Assembly: GCA_046483985.1 (NCBI GenBank)
Contig: JAWOCD010000092.1
Location: 1 to 64,000, forward strand
Source: Promethearchaeia archaeon
GTDB lineage: Archaea > Asgardarchaeota > Lokiarchaeia > Sigyniarchaeales > SOKP01
Reading direction: 5' to 3'
Length of the DNA stretch: 64,000 nt
The notes under the pieces are model-generated. The model searched no databases. It was not told the origin of the DNA and saw only the letters and a program-made list of their open reading frames with translations. Each line of letters opens with the position of its first letter. The first letter of the stretch is position 1. Both the position numbers and the translations under genes were made by a program. This document shows, one piece after another, positions 9,367 to 18,530 of the stretch.

Positions 9367-9870
9367 ATGAACCAATCTGAAAACGATAGCGAATTACCTA
9401 AACATCGTGTGAAAGCGGTTATCATTGCCTCGGAAAATGGGATACCCTTAGTTTCGGTAAAAGTGGATGATCAAATCAATGAATCTCTAATAGCACCCTT
9501 TTTTAGCGCTTTGAGGAGATTCTCTGAAGAAAATTTAGATGCGCTTAATGAAACACTCATTAAAGGGGGAAAATTGGAAACGTTAGTTGTAAGAAAATAT
9601 GGATTATTCCTCATTGCTCTCATGGACAAGCATATGAAAAAGATAAAAATTGGAAAAGAAGCAGAACAAGCTTTAGATTTATTCTATAAAATGTATAAGC
9701 AAGAAATCGACAACTTGGATGAAACTTGCCTTGATTTAGAAGGTTTTAAAAAATTCGAAGTCTTGCTCAAGCGGCAAATCAAGCAATATTATAAGAAAAT
9801 CGATGGAGGAGAGGGTTTTTTTTCGCGTCTTATGAACTTTTTTAGAAAGAATAAAGATGAATTAAGGTAA
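9367..9870 (+). CDS. Longin/roadblock-like domain protein
   Basis: VIIASENGIPLVS...LIAPFFSALRRFS...LDLFYKMY pattern typical of Asgard longin/roadblock proteins. Confidence 0.65.
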   Translation: MNQSENDSELPKHRVKAVIIASENGIPLVSVKVDDQINESLIAPFFSALRRFSEENLDALNETLIKGGKLETLVVRKYGLFLIALMDKHMKKIKIGKEAEQALDLFYKMYKQEIDNLDETCLDLEGFKKFEVLLKRQIKQYYKKIDGGEGFFSRLMNFFRKNKDELR

Positions 9871-10150
9871 TTTTGTCTAAGAAACGGAAAATTGCATTAT
9901 CTTTTAAGCTAAACTCGGGTCTCTAATCCGTCCCCTCACTAATTACATCTAGATTCATTAAATAATGAAATCTTCCATTATCATGAATCTTCAAAAGAAA
10001 AAGAGAAATAATTTTTTTTCTTTTATTTTTGCTATATCATGCAATTTCATAATTACAGAGACTTAGGAAAAAGAAATAAAAACTTAAATAATTAAAACAT
10101 ATTAAACTTATAAAATAATATAAAAAAATAATTTTTCGAGGTTAATTGTA

Positions 10151-10528
10151 ATTCCCCAAGGAATATTAATTATTAAATGGGATAACGAGATCGGCCCAAT
10201 CAACCAAGGATTTTATCCTGAAACTCTTAAAATAACGAATAATCTTTTAACGCAGATATATGGTTCCCATCGATATCAATCCCTCAAACCTGGATTTGCT
10301 TCCCTCTCTCTGAAAAATAGCAAAGTCGTGTCCTTTTTTTCTGGAGTAGGAGAAGATCATATCTCAGTTGAAAACTACGTCGTTGCGTTATTATTAAGGC
10401 GGGATGAAAAGCCGCACAAATACAGAGATATCTTAAAAGAAATCGCAGCAGAAATTTTAGAAAAGATTCCTTCTGACGATTATGAAGAGATTTTACCAGA
10501 TTTATACGAAAAATTGGCGAAGGTCTGA
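10151..10528 (+). CDS. uDENN/longin-like small protein, probable ATT start
   Basis: Frame open from a stop at 10121: (I/M)PQGILIIKWDNEIGPINQGFYP... continuing into the 10328 ORF. GAGGT lies 8 nt upstream of ATT 10151. Confidence 0.65.
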   Translation: MPQGILIIKWDNEIGPINQGFYPETLKITNNLLTQIYGSHRYQSLKPGFASLSLKNSKVVSFFSGVGEDHISVENYVVALLLRRDEKPHKYRDILKEIAAEILEKIPSDDYEEILPDLYEKLAKV

Positions 10529-10668
10529 AATAATCTTTCTTTTTTCTTATTTTTTCATTTCAGTCTGTTAGCACCCTCCCAATATCTCCTAGTCCAAAAT
10601 AAAATTGATGTGTGGAATTGGAGTCTATTTTTCATATATAAAAAGAGATACTAAAGAAAATAAGTTAA

Positions 10669-11898
10669 TTACTCGTGTTCTTGTTCCTTTTCTTCAGAGG
10701 TTTCGGCTCCCTTGAGTATGATTTTTTCAACGTCATTAAACTCTACAAGGTTATTATCTTCTAATTTATTTACATATTTTTTCACTAAAACCATGGGTGA
10801 TCCTATCGCATTTCGTAAGTCATCGAGGGAAATTGCTTCTACTTCTTTAATTATCAAAAATGTCTTAAATAACGGTTCCTTTTCCATAAGGGTTGTAAGC
10901 TTATCAAAGTACGTGATTTTTTCAATATTGTCTTCCTTAAATTGCTCTAATTCCTCAATTCTTTGCTTTAATTCTTTTATGGTTTGTCGGGCTTCAATCT
11001 TTTCATCGTTTAAATCTTCTATCTTAGTAATAAGTTCTTCGTGTTTTTCTTTGATTTCTTGGAAGCGAGTTGCCAGATCCTTGGCCTTGGAGCGTGTTTC
11101 AGTCGATTCCAATTTACTGTCTAACAATACAGAATCAAGTTCATTAATTTGAGACTCTAATTCTGCACTTTCTTCAGCATGTTTTTTTTTTAAGTTTTCA
11201 ATCTCTTTCTTATGTTCTTCTTTCAGTTTTTCGATCTTCTGCAGATTTCGATCTTGAATTTCCTCTAGTTCTTTTCTGTGTTCTTCTTTTAATTCTCCGA
11301 TTTTATCAATTTTTTCCATTTTAATCTTTTCAATTTTCTGGACGTATTCATCAATCTTACTCTGGTATTCTGTGGCTTGTTTGTTTTCCAGTTCTTCAAC
11401 AACCTCTACGCGCTCTCTTTGCAGTTTTTTGTTAAATTCTTCTAAATTTTGAATCTTCTTTTCCAATGTTTTGACTTTTTCTGTTTTTATCTTTAGATCT
11501 GACTTATTTTTAGCCAGATTTGATTTGAGCTCTCCAATGGTATCGTAAGCCTCTTCCAACTTTTTTTCCGTTGGTTTGAATCTATTTTTTGTTAACTCCA
11601 ATTCCTTTTCAGCTTGGGCTAATTTCCCTTTCAGTTGTTTAATAGTTGACTCATTCTCGTCCCGGACAACTTGAAAGGTTCCGATCATTTCCCGTAATTC
11701 TTGTACATCGTCTGGGATCTCTTCATATTGTTCGAGTTCACTACCTTGTTCTTCTATAATTTGTTTTTGATCGGCGATGATCTTCTTGTACTTTTCGACA
11801 GCCTCCTTAAGTCGATCAATCTTGGACTCTAAGGCGGCCACCTTACTCTCATGCTGGTCCACATCGTCAATTAGACTCTTAATATCTTCTTTTCCCAT
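10669..11898 (-). CDS. Long coiled-coil protein with C-terminal winged-helix-like domain
   Basis: About 330 aa of E/K-rich heptads; C-terminal ISLDDLRNAIG...VKKYVNKLEDNNLV. Confidence 0.7.
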   Translation of the reverse strand: MGKEDIKSLIDDVDQHESKVAALESKIDRLKEAVEKYKKIIADQKQIIEEQGSELEQYEEIPDDVQELREMIGTFQVVRDENESTIKQLKGKLAQAEKELELTKNRFKPTEKKLEEAYDTIGELKSNLAKNKSDLKIKTEKVKTLEKKIQNLEEFNKKLQRERVEVVEELENKQATEYQSKIDEYVQKIEKIKMEKIDKIGELKEEHRKELEEIQDRNLQKIEKLKEEHKKEIENLKKKHAEESAELESQINELDSVLLDSKLESTETRSKAKDLATRFQEIKEKHEELITKIEDLNDEKIEARQTIKELKQRIEELEQFKEDNIEKITYFDKLTTLMEKEPLFKTFLIIKEVEAISLDDLRNAIGSPMVLVKKYVNKLEDNNLVEFNDVEKIILKGAETSEEKEQEHE

Positions 11899-12054
11899 TT
11901 TAATCTTAAACTCTGTTAATTCTAATCCATAATTGTATATAATTGATTAATTTATTTTTTAATAATTTAATTCAATAATAGTGCTTTATTATATAATTTT
12001 TATTTATTTTTGGAACTGACGTAAGAATTTATTTCATTTTATATTTTTAAAATT

Positions 12055-12648
12055 ATGTGTGTCAAAAAAGAATTTATATTTTTCTATACCAACTATTTAG
12101 AAGCGTACATTACGATTTTCTTTACAAGGAAGGACAAGTTTCCAATCCCCGAACCTAATATAACCTTAAACCGTATCAAATTTTTCAAAAAAAAGAAAGC
12201 ATTATTACAATATGGCAAAGATCATAATATCCGATATAAAAAGATTGAAGCATTTAAGAAAAATCATCCAGTTCAAATCCTTTATAATTTGCTACATTCT
12301 TATTTTTCAGGCGAGAGGATAAATTTGTCTAGCAAGATGGATGAATCAAATCTCGATTTAGCGATTAATGAGCAATATTCCACACCCTTCCAAAAAAGAG
12401 TCATTTACTATTTAAAAAATAATATAGGTTATGGAACATTAATTTCTTATTCTGATATTGGAGAGGAAATTAATTCAAAAGCCTATCAGGCAATTGGTTC
12501 CGTTATAAAGCGCAATCCCTATCCTTTAATTATCCCTTGCCATAGAGTAGTGCGAAAAAATGGAGAGATCGGGGGGTTTATAGGAAAAACAGGAGAAGGT
12601 TGGCAAGTGGAGATTAAAAAAAGATTAATATCCTTAGAAAAAAACTAA
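12055..12648 (+). CDS. ogt: Methylated-DNA--protein-cysteine methyltransferase
   Basis: TPFQKRV, GYGTLISYSDI, NPYPLIIPCHRVV active site. Confidence 0.92.
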   Translation: MCVKKEFIFFYTNYLEAYITIFFTRKDKFPIPEPNITLNRIKFFKKKKALLQYGKDHNIRYKKIEAFKKNHPVQILYNLLHSYFSGERINLSSKMDESNLDLAINEQYSTPFQKRVIYYLKNNIGYGTLISYSDIGEEINSKAYQAIGSVIKRNPYPLIIPCHRVVRKNGEIGGFIGKTGEGWQVEIKKRLISLEKN

Positions 12649-12676
12649 TTAACCAAAAAAGATTATTTAATCACAT

Positions 12677-13867
12677 ATGAGATATGCCGATAGAATGGAA
12701 CGACTGGGGACTGAAACCGCTTTTGAAGTCCTCGAGCGCATTCAAGAATTTCCCGAAGAACGAAGGAAAAATGTGATCTCCTTTGCAATTGGGGAGCCAG
12801 ATTTTGATACGCCCGAGCATATTAAACAAGCGGGTATAGAGGCTATTAAAGAAGATTATACTCATTATAGTCCCTCGGCGGGAATTGCAAAATTGCGTGA
12901 ATCCGTGGCAGATTTTGCCTCGGAAACTAAGGGGATCAATATCAAACCCAAAAATATAGTTATACTTCCCAGTGCGAAATTTATTGTGGATCTAGCTATT
13001 TTGAGCTGTACCAATCCAGGGGATGAGATAATCTATCCTAACCCAGGATATCCAATTTATGAAAGTTTAATTAATGTCCATGATTGTGTTCCAAAAGCCG
13101 CACGCTTACATGAGTCCGAGGAGTGGAACTACAATATAGATGAATTACGAAATATGATTACTGATAAAACGAAACTGATTATTATAAATAGCCCACAAAA
13201 CCCCACTGGAGCTGTATTGAACCAACAAAATCTGGAAGCACTGGCAGAAATTGCGTTAAAAAATGATCTCTGGATATTATCCGATGAGATCTATTCCAAC
13301 ATTGTATACGACAATTATGAATTCACCTCAATAGCAGCTCATCCCGATATGCAAGATCGGACAATTATATTAGACGGGTTTAGTAAATATTTTGCGATGA
13401 CTGGATGGCGATTGGGATATGCAATTGTAAATGAAGATTTGGCTGAATATTTTAGCCGGTGGGCTACAAATACCATTTCATGCACTGCAACATTTACCCA
13501 GATGGCAGGTGTAGCGGGAATGACCGAGGATAAAAATCCATCTGAATCAATGGTCAATGAGTTTGAAAGACGGCGAGATTTAATCATGGAACGTATCAAT
13601 AAAATTGATGAATTATCTGCGATCAAGCCAGCAGGAGCCTTTTATATATTTGTAAATGTAACTGAGGCTTGCGAGAAATTAGGTTTAAACGATTCGATTG
13701 AATTTCAAGGTTATCTATTGGAAAAAGCCGATGTTGCGATTCTCTCTCGGAAATATTTTGGACATAAACCACCAGAGGAAAAGAACGATTTCGTCCGATT
13801 CTCCTACTGTATTGCTTATGATGAAATTGAGGAAGGATTATCCCGAATAGAAGAATTATTAATATAA
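12677..13867 (+). CDS. Class I/II PLP-dependent (aspartate-type) aminotransferase
   Basis: IGEPDF, INSPQNPTG, SDEIY, GFSKYFAMTGWRLGY. Confidence 0.93.
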   Translation: MRYADRMERLGTETAFEVLERIQEFPEERRKNVISFAIGEPDFDTPEHIKQAGIEAIKEDYTHYSPSAGIAKLRESVADFASETKGINIKPKNIVILPSAKFIVDLAILSCTNPGDEIIYPNPGYPIYESLINVHDCVPKAARLHESEEWNYNIDELRNMITDKTKLIIINSPQNPTGAVLNQQNLEALAEIALKNDLWILSDEIYSNIVYDNYEFTSIAAHPDMQDRTIILDGFSKYFAMTGWRLGYAIVNEDLAEYFSRWATNTISCTATFTQMAGVAGMTEDKNPSESMVNEFERRRDLIMERINKIDELSAIKPAGAFYIFVNVTEACEKLGLNDSIEFQGYLLEKADVAILSRKYFGHKPPEEKNDFVRFSYCIAYDEIEEGLSRIEELLI

Positions 13868-13932
13868 AACCTACCTGTAAAGACTAGTTGAAATAACTCT
13901 GGACAAATTTGACCCTATTTGTGAAATGTCTT

Positions 13933-14961
13933 TCATTGGAAAGTAAATTTAGTTCCAACACTTACATCAAAAGCCTTAATATTCGGTAAATCTTCTTTTT
14001 TCAACTGATCCAGAAAAGTATGTCCCGTGCAATGAATGGGAAATAAATAAAGATTCCCGTTATATTCTTGAAAATCTTTTAAATAAGTGATCGTTTCGTT
14101 AATACGTTTTTCAGAGGCGCTGGTCATATGGAAACCTCCGATAATATGAGTAATGGGTTCATCTGAAATTGAATCGACGTAGTCCAAAGTGTTCATAAGC
14201 CCGGAATGACAGCACCCATTTAAAACCACAGTGTTATCTGGAAACTCGAAAATTAAACATCTATCGTCAGGAATTTCATCTTCCACGAGTTTATCACCCT
14301 TCAATAAATAATAAGATTGAAAATCCTCAACTTCATGGGTCCGTGGTATTTTTCCACTTGCGCTGATGGTAACAAAATTATTCTTTATAATGGGATACAC
14401 CTCTTTGGTATGTATAAGTTTTCCTTCTAACTCCTCTAACTTTTCTTGATCGATTGGCTCTTGATTTACGATTTTCGAGGTGGATAAAAGGGGGAGAATT
14501 TCTTGACGTGTTTTTCCCGCCAGATCTTTTAGACTTACCTCATCTGACCTGATAAAAAAACGTTCATATTGATCATAAGAATGAGAAATCACCTTAGTTT
14601 CGGTATTTATCCTCTCCAAAATCTTATACAAGCCTCCAGTATGATCATAATGCCAGTGAGAAAGCACAATTGCCGCAACATTATAAAAATTATAAGCTCT
14701 CACATCAAGATTATGCAAGTAAGTAAGATTGGATCCTCCCGTATCAAAAACAATCTGAGTATCAAGATCCCAACTCCATTCATCGTTTGGATCTTCTACG
14801 TTATAGATATTGATTAAAAAACCCAGTCCATGTTCTGCCAATGACTGAGTAGCAAAAAGTTTGTTCAAATCTAAAAAACTGAGATCTTCTTTCTTTCGAA
14901 ATTGCTGAAAAGGTTCCACTTTATTGTTTGATAATAAAATTATGTCAATTTTCTTTTGCAT
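13933..14961 (-). CDS. MBL-fold metallohydrolase (MJ0301-like group)
   Basis: AEHGL, FDTG, SHWHYDHTGG, GCCHSG, GGFH, HCTG. Confidence 0.85.
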   Translation of the reverse strand: MQKKIDIILLSNNKVEPFQQFRKKEDLSFLDLNKLFATQSLAEHGLGFLINIYNVEDPNDEWSWDLDTQIVFDTGGSNLTYLHNLDVRAYNFYNVAAIVLSHWHYDHTGGLYKILERINTETKVISHSYDQYERFFIRSDEVSLKDLAGKTRQEILPLLSTSKIVNQEPIDQEKLEELEGKLIHTKEVYPIIKNNFVTISASGKIPRTHEVEDFQSYYLLKGDKLVEDEIPDDRCLIFEFPDNTVVLNGCCHSGLMNTLDYVDSISDEPITHIIGGFHMTSASEKRINETITYLKDFQEYNGNLYLFPIHCTGHTFLDQLKKEDLPNIKAFDVSVGTKFTFQ

Positions 14962-15016
14962 AATTATTCAAATGCTCTCTGGCTTAATAATACCTATGTT
15001 TTTTAACTACTATTAA

Positions 15017-15345
15017 TTGAACCACTCACGCCTTAAAGCATAAGATTCGTACTTCCTAATGCGTAATACACACACTAGGCAATACGAGATGGTTCTCCAC
15101 CCCGAAATAATCGTCTCCAAGGGACGGTGAACTTGATTATAATTTTTAAGGATTTTTATGGTTCCCATTATATTTCAATCATTTCGATATCTGCATTCCC
15201 TACATTTGAATATTTTATCGTTCAGTTTTACTTTAGATTGACACTTTGGATAAGTCGATGAAGTATGGGACCTTTCCAATGCGGTTAATGCGGTTCTCGA
15301 GCTAAAATTAGGGCAAAATCCATCCTCGCCCTAAAGGACGGATTG
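15017..15345 (-). mobile_element. Internally deleted IS200/IS605 element with degraded tnpB 3' end
   Basis: Left-end hairpin region TCCGTCC-TTTA-GGGCGAGGATGGATTTTGC; remnant HTSSTYPKCQSKVKLNDKIFKCRECRYRND*NIMGTIKILKNY (Zn ribbon plus RuvC-III); right end GAAT-CTTATGC-TTTAAG-GCGTGAG-TGGT-TCAA. Confidence 0.8.
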
Positions 15346-15440
15346 AAATAGGTTATTTGTTGGAATGATTTTCAGGACATGTGAAAATTACAGAAATAGG
15401 CTTATTGGATGTCTCCATATCATCCGGGTATCCGAAGAGA

Positions 15441-16286
15441 TTAAGAATCCTTAATTTTTTTAATTTGTTGTTGGGATAGCGAGTTTTCTTTTAGATCGAC
15501 ATAATTTAGATCTCCAAACATATGAAAATTGCGTAATTCGTCGATCCTGTTATGGCTTAAATTCAGCCGTTTAAGACTTCTTAAATAAGAGATATCCCCA
15601 ACATTATTAATTTTATTATGGCTCAAATCTAATTTTATTAAATTTTCCAAGTATCCAAGATTCTCTATCGTCCTAATTTTATTAAAGCTGAGATCGAGAA
15701 TTTTTAGAGTTATAAGATTATCTAAACCTTCAATTTTGGTTATTGAATTATAAGATAAATTAAGGTGGACTATACTAAACAAATCTTCCAAATGTCTAAT
15801 CTTTTTAATTTTATTAAATCCAAGTTCTAAGGCTTCAAGTTTCCTCATATTCTCTAATCCTTCAATTTTTTTGATTTTATTCTCGTTTAGATTTACTATT
15901 TTAAGCCATCTATGCGTGGGCAATGCGGAAATCGTTTTAATCTGATTATTCTGTAGATATAATTTTTCCAAAATAGGAAGGTCGGTTAATCCTCTAATTT
16001 TTTTTATACAATTATGGTCTAAATGTAGAAGTTCCAAATTATCTAAATTTTTAAGATTTTCAATCTTTCTAATCCTATTATAATTCAAATACAAACGTTT
16101 TAAATTGCTTAGATGTGAAAGATTTTTAATATGTTTAATTTTATTTGAGCTTAAATCCAATACGACAAGGTTATCAAGGTCCTCTAATCCTTTTATCTCA
16201 AGAATGTCCTTTATGCCTCGGTGAGAAAGGTCTAATGTTCCTTCTTTTACCGGGATTTTTTTTCCCTTTAATTTAACATAACTCAT
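15441..16286 (-). CDS. Leucine-rich repeat protein (SDS22-like)
   Basis: About 11 LxxLxLxxNxIxxIxxL repeats. Confidence 0.92.
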   Translation of the reverse strand: MSYVKLKGKKIPVKEGTLDLSHRGIKDILEIKGLEDLDNLVVLDLSSNKIKHIKNLSHLSNLKRLYLNYNRIRKIENLKNLDNLELLHLDHNCIKKIRGLTDLPILEKLYLQNNQIKTISALPTHRWLKIVNLNENKIKKIEGLENMRKLEALELGFNKIKKIRHLEDLFSIVHLNLSYNSITKIEGLDNLITLKILDLSFNKIRTIENLGYLENLIKLDLSHNKINNVGDISYLRSLKRLNLSHNRIDELRNFHMFGDLNYVDLKENSLSQQQIKKIKDS

Positions 16287-16338
16287 AGATTCTATAAAAT
16301 TCCGTGAGTATTTAAAGTTTTATTATAATAGATTAAAG

Positions 16339-17181
16339 ATGATGGAAAAGCAAAAAGATGTAGACTTTCAAAATGTAATTGTTGTTTGTCCTATTTGTAA
16401 ATCAAAGAAAGAGATAAAAATTCCCCAATCAATTGTAAAAAAGAAGGCACATATGACTACAATTTCTATTGAGAAGGGATTAGTATGCAAACATCCTTTT
16501 CAAGCTTTTATCGATAAGAATTTTAAGGTTAGGGGATATCAAAGAGTTGACTTTGAATTAAAAATCCGTGAAAAATCGAAACAACATGTAATGAAAAATG
16601 ATAAAACTCTTTTTAAGAATCTATGGTTGGATGGTAATTATCTTAGGTATGATTCAAAAGAGGGGTTTAATTGGATTTATCTGGAAAATAGAAATACAAG
16701 ACCCCAAAATAAGATCAGAATGCCTAAACGTTTAACTCAAGGAACATCCCCAAAGACTAAAAATGGTTGGTCTTTAAAAAAGAGTAACGAGCATTCCTCT
16801 TCAAAAAAGGATTTGTTCCAAGATGGGGCATCATATTATCAAGAACTGGTAAAACGAAGAAAGCAGAGAAAGGGCAAGAAATTGCATAAGACAATAACTC
16901 TTCAGGAGAAGAAAAAAATGGAAAAAAAAGTCAGTGGGAAAAGAAAAAGTCAATTATTTGCGGACTTCATTAAGGATATTTATCGGAAGGAGCAACACGA
17001 ATTAATACTTCAAAAATATGATAAAAAAGATAACCATGAATATGGTGAACATAGGCATGACCAGTTACTAGATAAGTTAAAAGATATAATTAATATAGAC
17101 ACCAAAAAATATAAAAGGTTTATAGATTTCAAAGAACACTGGAAAAAATCGAAAGAAAAGGAAGTAGAAAAGATTCTTTGA
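16339..17181 (+). CDS. Hypothetical protein with N-terminal CPxC...CxH Zn-binding domain and Lys-rich tail
   Basis: CPICK...VCKHPFQAFIDKNFKVRGYQ. Confidence 0.65.
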   Translation: MMEKQKDVDFQNVIVVCPICKSKKEIKIPQSIVKKKAHMTTISIEKGLVCKHPFQAFIDKNFKVRGYQRVDFELKIREKSKQHVMKNDKTLFKNLWLDGNYLRYDSKEGFNWIYLENRNTRPQNKIRMPKRLTQGTSPKTKNGWSLKKSNEHSSSKKDLFQDGASYYQELVKRRKQRKGKKLHKTITLQEKKKMEKKVSGKRKSQLFADFIKDIYRKEQHELILQKYDKKDNHEYGEHRHDQLLDKLKDIINIDTKKYKRFIDFKEHWKKSKEKEVEKIL

Positions 17182-17255
17182 TACATCGAGTATGATAACG
17201 TTTTCTTGAAATAAATTAAATCCTACTTGACTCAAAGGATGAGGCAAAAATAATT

Positions 17256-17972
17256 CTATTTTAAACCAAATTGCGTTACGCCTCTCGTGATTAGCCCCAA
17301 TCCAATTATTTTAAAAACCATAAAAAAGAAAAACATAATGACATGAGCTTGTGGGCCAAAAAGCCCCCTAAAAAAGCCCACCACACCTTCATTGATGAGG
17401 AGAGCAGCAACCCCATAAAAAATAAACCCAAATGTAATATATAAGGCGGTTTTTCTCAGTCCTGGTGTTCTAATCGCAATATAGATGAACATAAGTGGTA
17501 TCAGTACCGTCCCAATCTGGGCGAAGATAAGTAAAACAGAGGCGATATCAAAATCTGCTTTTGAATTGATTGGAAAGAATAAAATAATGAGGGCGCCAGC
17601 AGCAACAATGAAAGTAAAAATACCCTTAAATTTGAAATTAAATACTGTACGATCAATGATATATAATACATAAGCTATGCCTATAGAGGAAAAGAGGGCA
17701 CCTAATTTCCAGTAAATATAGTTGGGAAATATATAATATACGCTATCATCGAATTCCGTAAGAAAAAAATCGAAATACATAAAAAAGAATCTCGATATAA
17801 ATAAAAAGATTATCAAGATAAAGATGGAAAAAAGAAAATCAAATTGAAACTTGCCGGTTTCTTTTTTCCGTTCATACACATTTTTACCAAGGTAAGTAAT
17901 GAGTATAAATTTAGCAATGAGAATAACTATGGTTAACGCAAAAAAAATTTGGAATGTATTTAATTCTACCAT
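17256..17972 (-). CDS. Multi-pass (about 7 TM) membrane protein
   Basis: Seven hydrophobic segments in 238 aa. Confidence 0.7.
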   Translation of the reverse strand: MVELNTFQIFFALTIVILIAKFILITYLGKNVYERKKETGKFQFDFLFSIFILIIFLFISRFFFMYFDFFLTEFDDSVYYIFPNYIYWKLGALFSSIGIAYVLYIIDRTVFNFKFKGIFTFIVAAGALIILFFPINSKADFDIASVLLIFAQIGTVLIPLMFIYIAIRTPGLRKTALYITFGFIFYGVAALLINEGVVGFFRGLFGPQAHVIMFFFFMVFKIIGLGLITRGVTQFGLK

Positions 17973-18033
17973 AATAAATTTATTTAGGATAAGAAAATAT
18001 AAAATATTTTGGAAAAGTTAAAAAAAGAATAAG

Positions 18034-18306
18034 TTAATCCAACTCGACTAGCTCATAGAGACTATCATCATTAGGTGTTTTTTTCTCTATTATTTTTCTG
18101 CGTTTTCCATTTACCACAAAGCGTAATCCTTCTTCTTGAGCCTTGACAATCGACTCCAACAATCGAATTGTAGTAGGAAGGCTAATTGAGTCATCGCATT
18201 TCTTCTTGAGTACTTCTCTGACGTTTGTTGCATTATAAATTATATTAAGGTTCAATTTGTGGTAAAGATCAACCATTCGTGTAATCCAATCTCGTTTCCT
18301 TGCCAT
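18034..18306 (-). CDS. Small hypothetical protein (possibly DNA-binding)
   Basis: 90-aa basic ORF with ATG, in an otherwise empty region with an upstream TATA-like TTTAAATA. Confidence 0.55.
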   Translation of the reverse strand: MARKRDWITRMVDLYHKLNLNIIYNATNVREVLKKKCDDSISLPTTIRLLESIVKAQEEGLRFVVNGKRRKIIEKKTPNDDSLYELVELD

Positions 18307-18530
18307 CTATATAAATATATGAAGTTTTGTATTTAAATATTTTATTATCATTCCGATATTTCTAACTATGTTTAGAATTTCTTTTAGTTAGATGGTGAAA
18401 TTTCTAATGGATCCAGCGACTTTTTTTAAAAGAGGCTAGATTTTTTTAATAATATTTATATATTTCGTTTAGTATAATTTAATTGAATATAAGAGAATTA
18501 ATCAAAATCAATTAATAAAGGCTGATAATA

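Noticed and set aside
10669-11898. SMC/Rad50 ATPase
   Set aside because: No Walker A/B, signature or hinge motifs.
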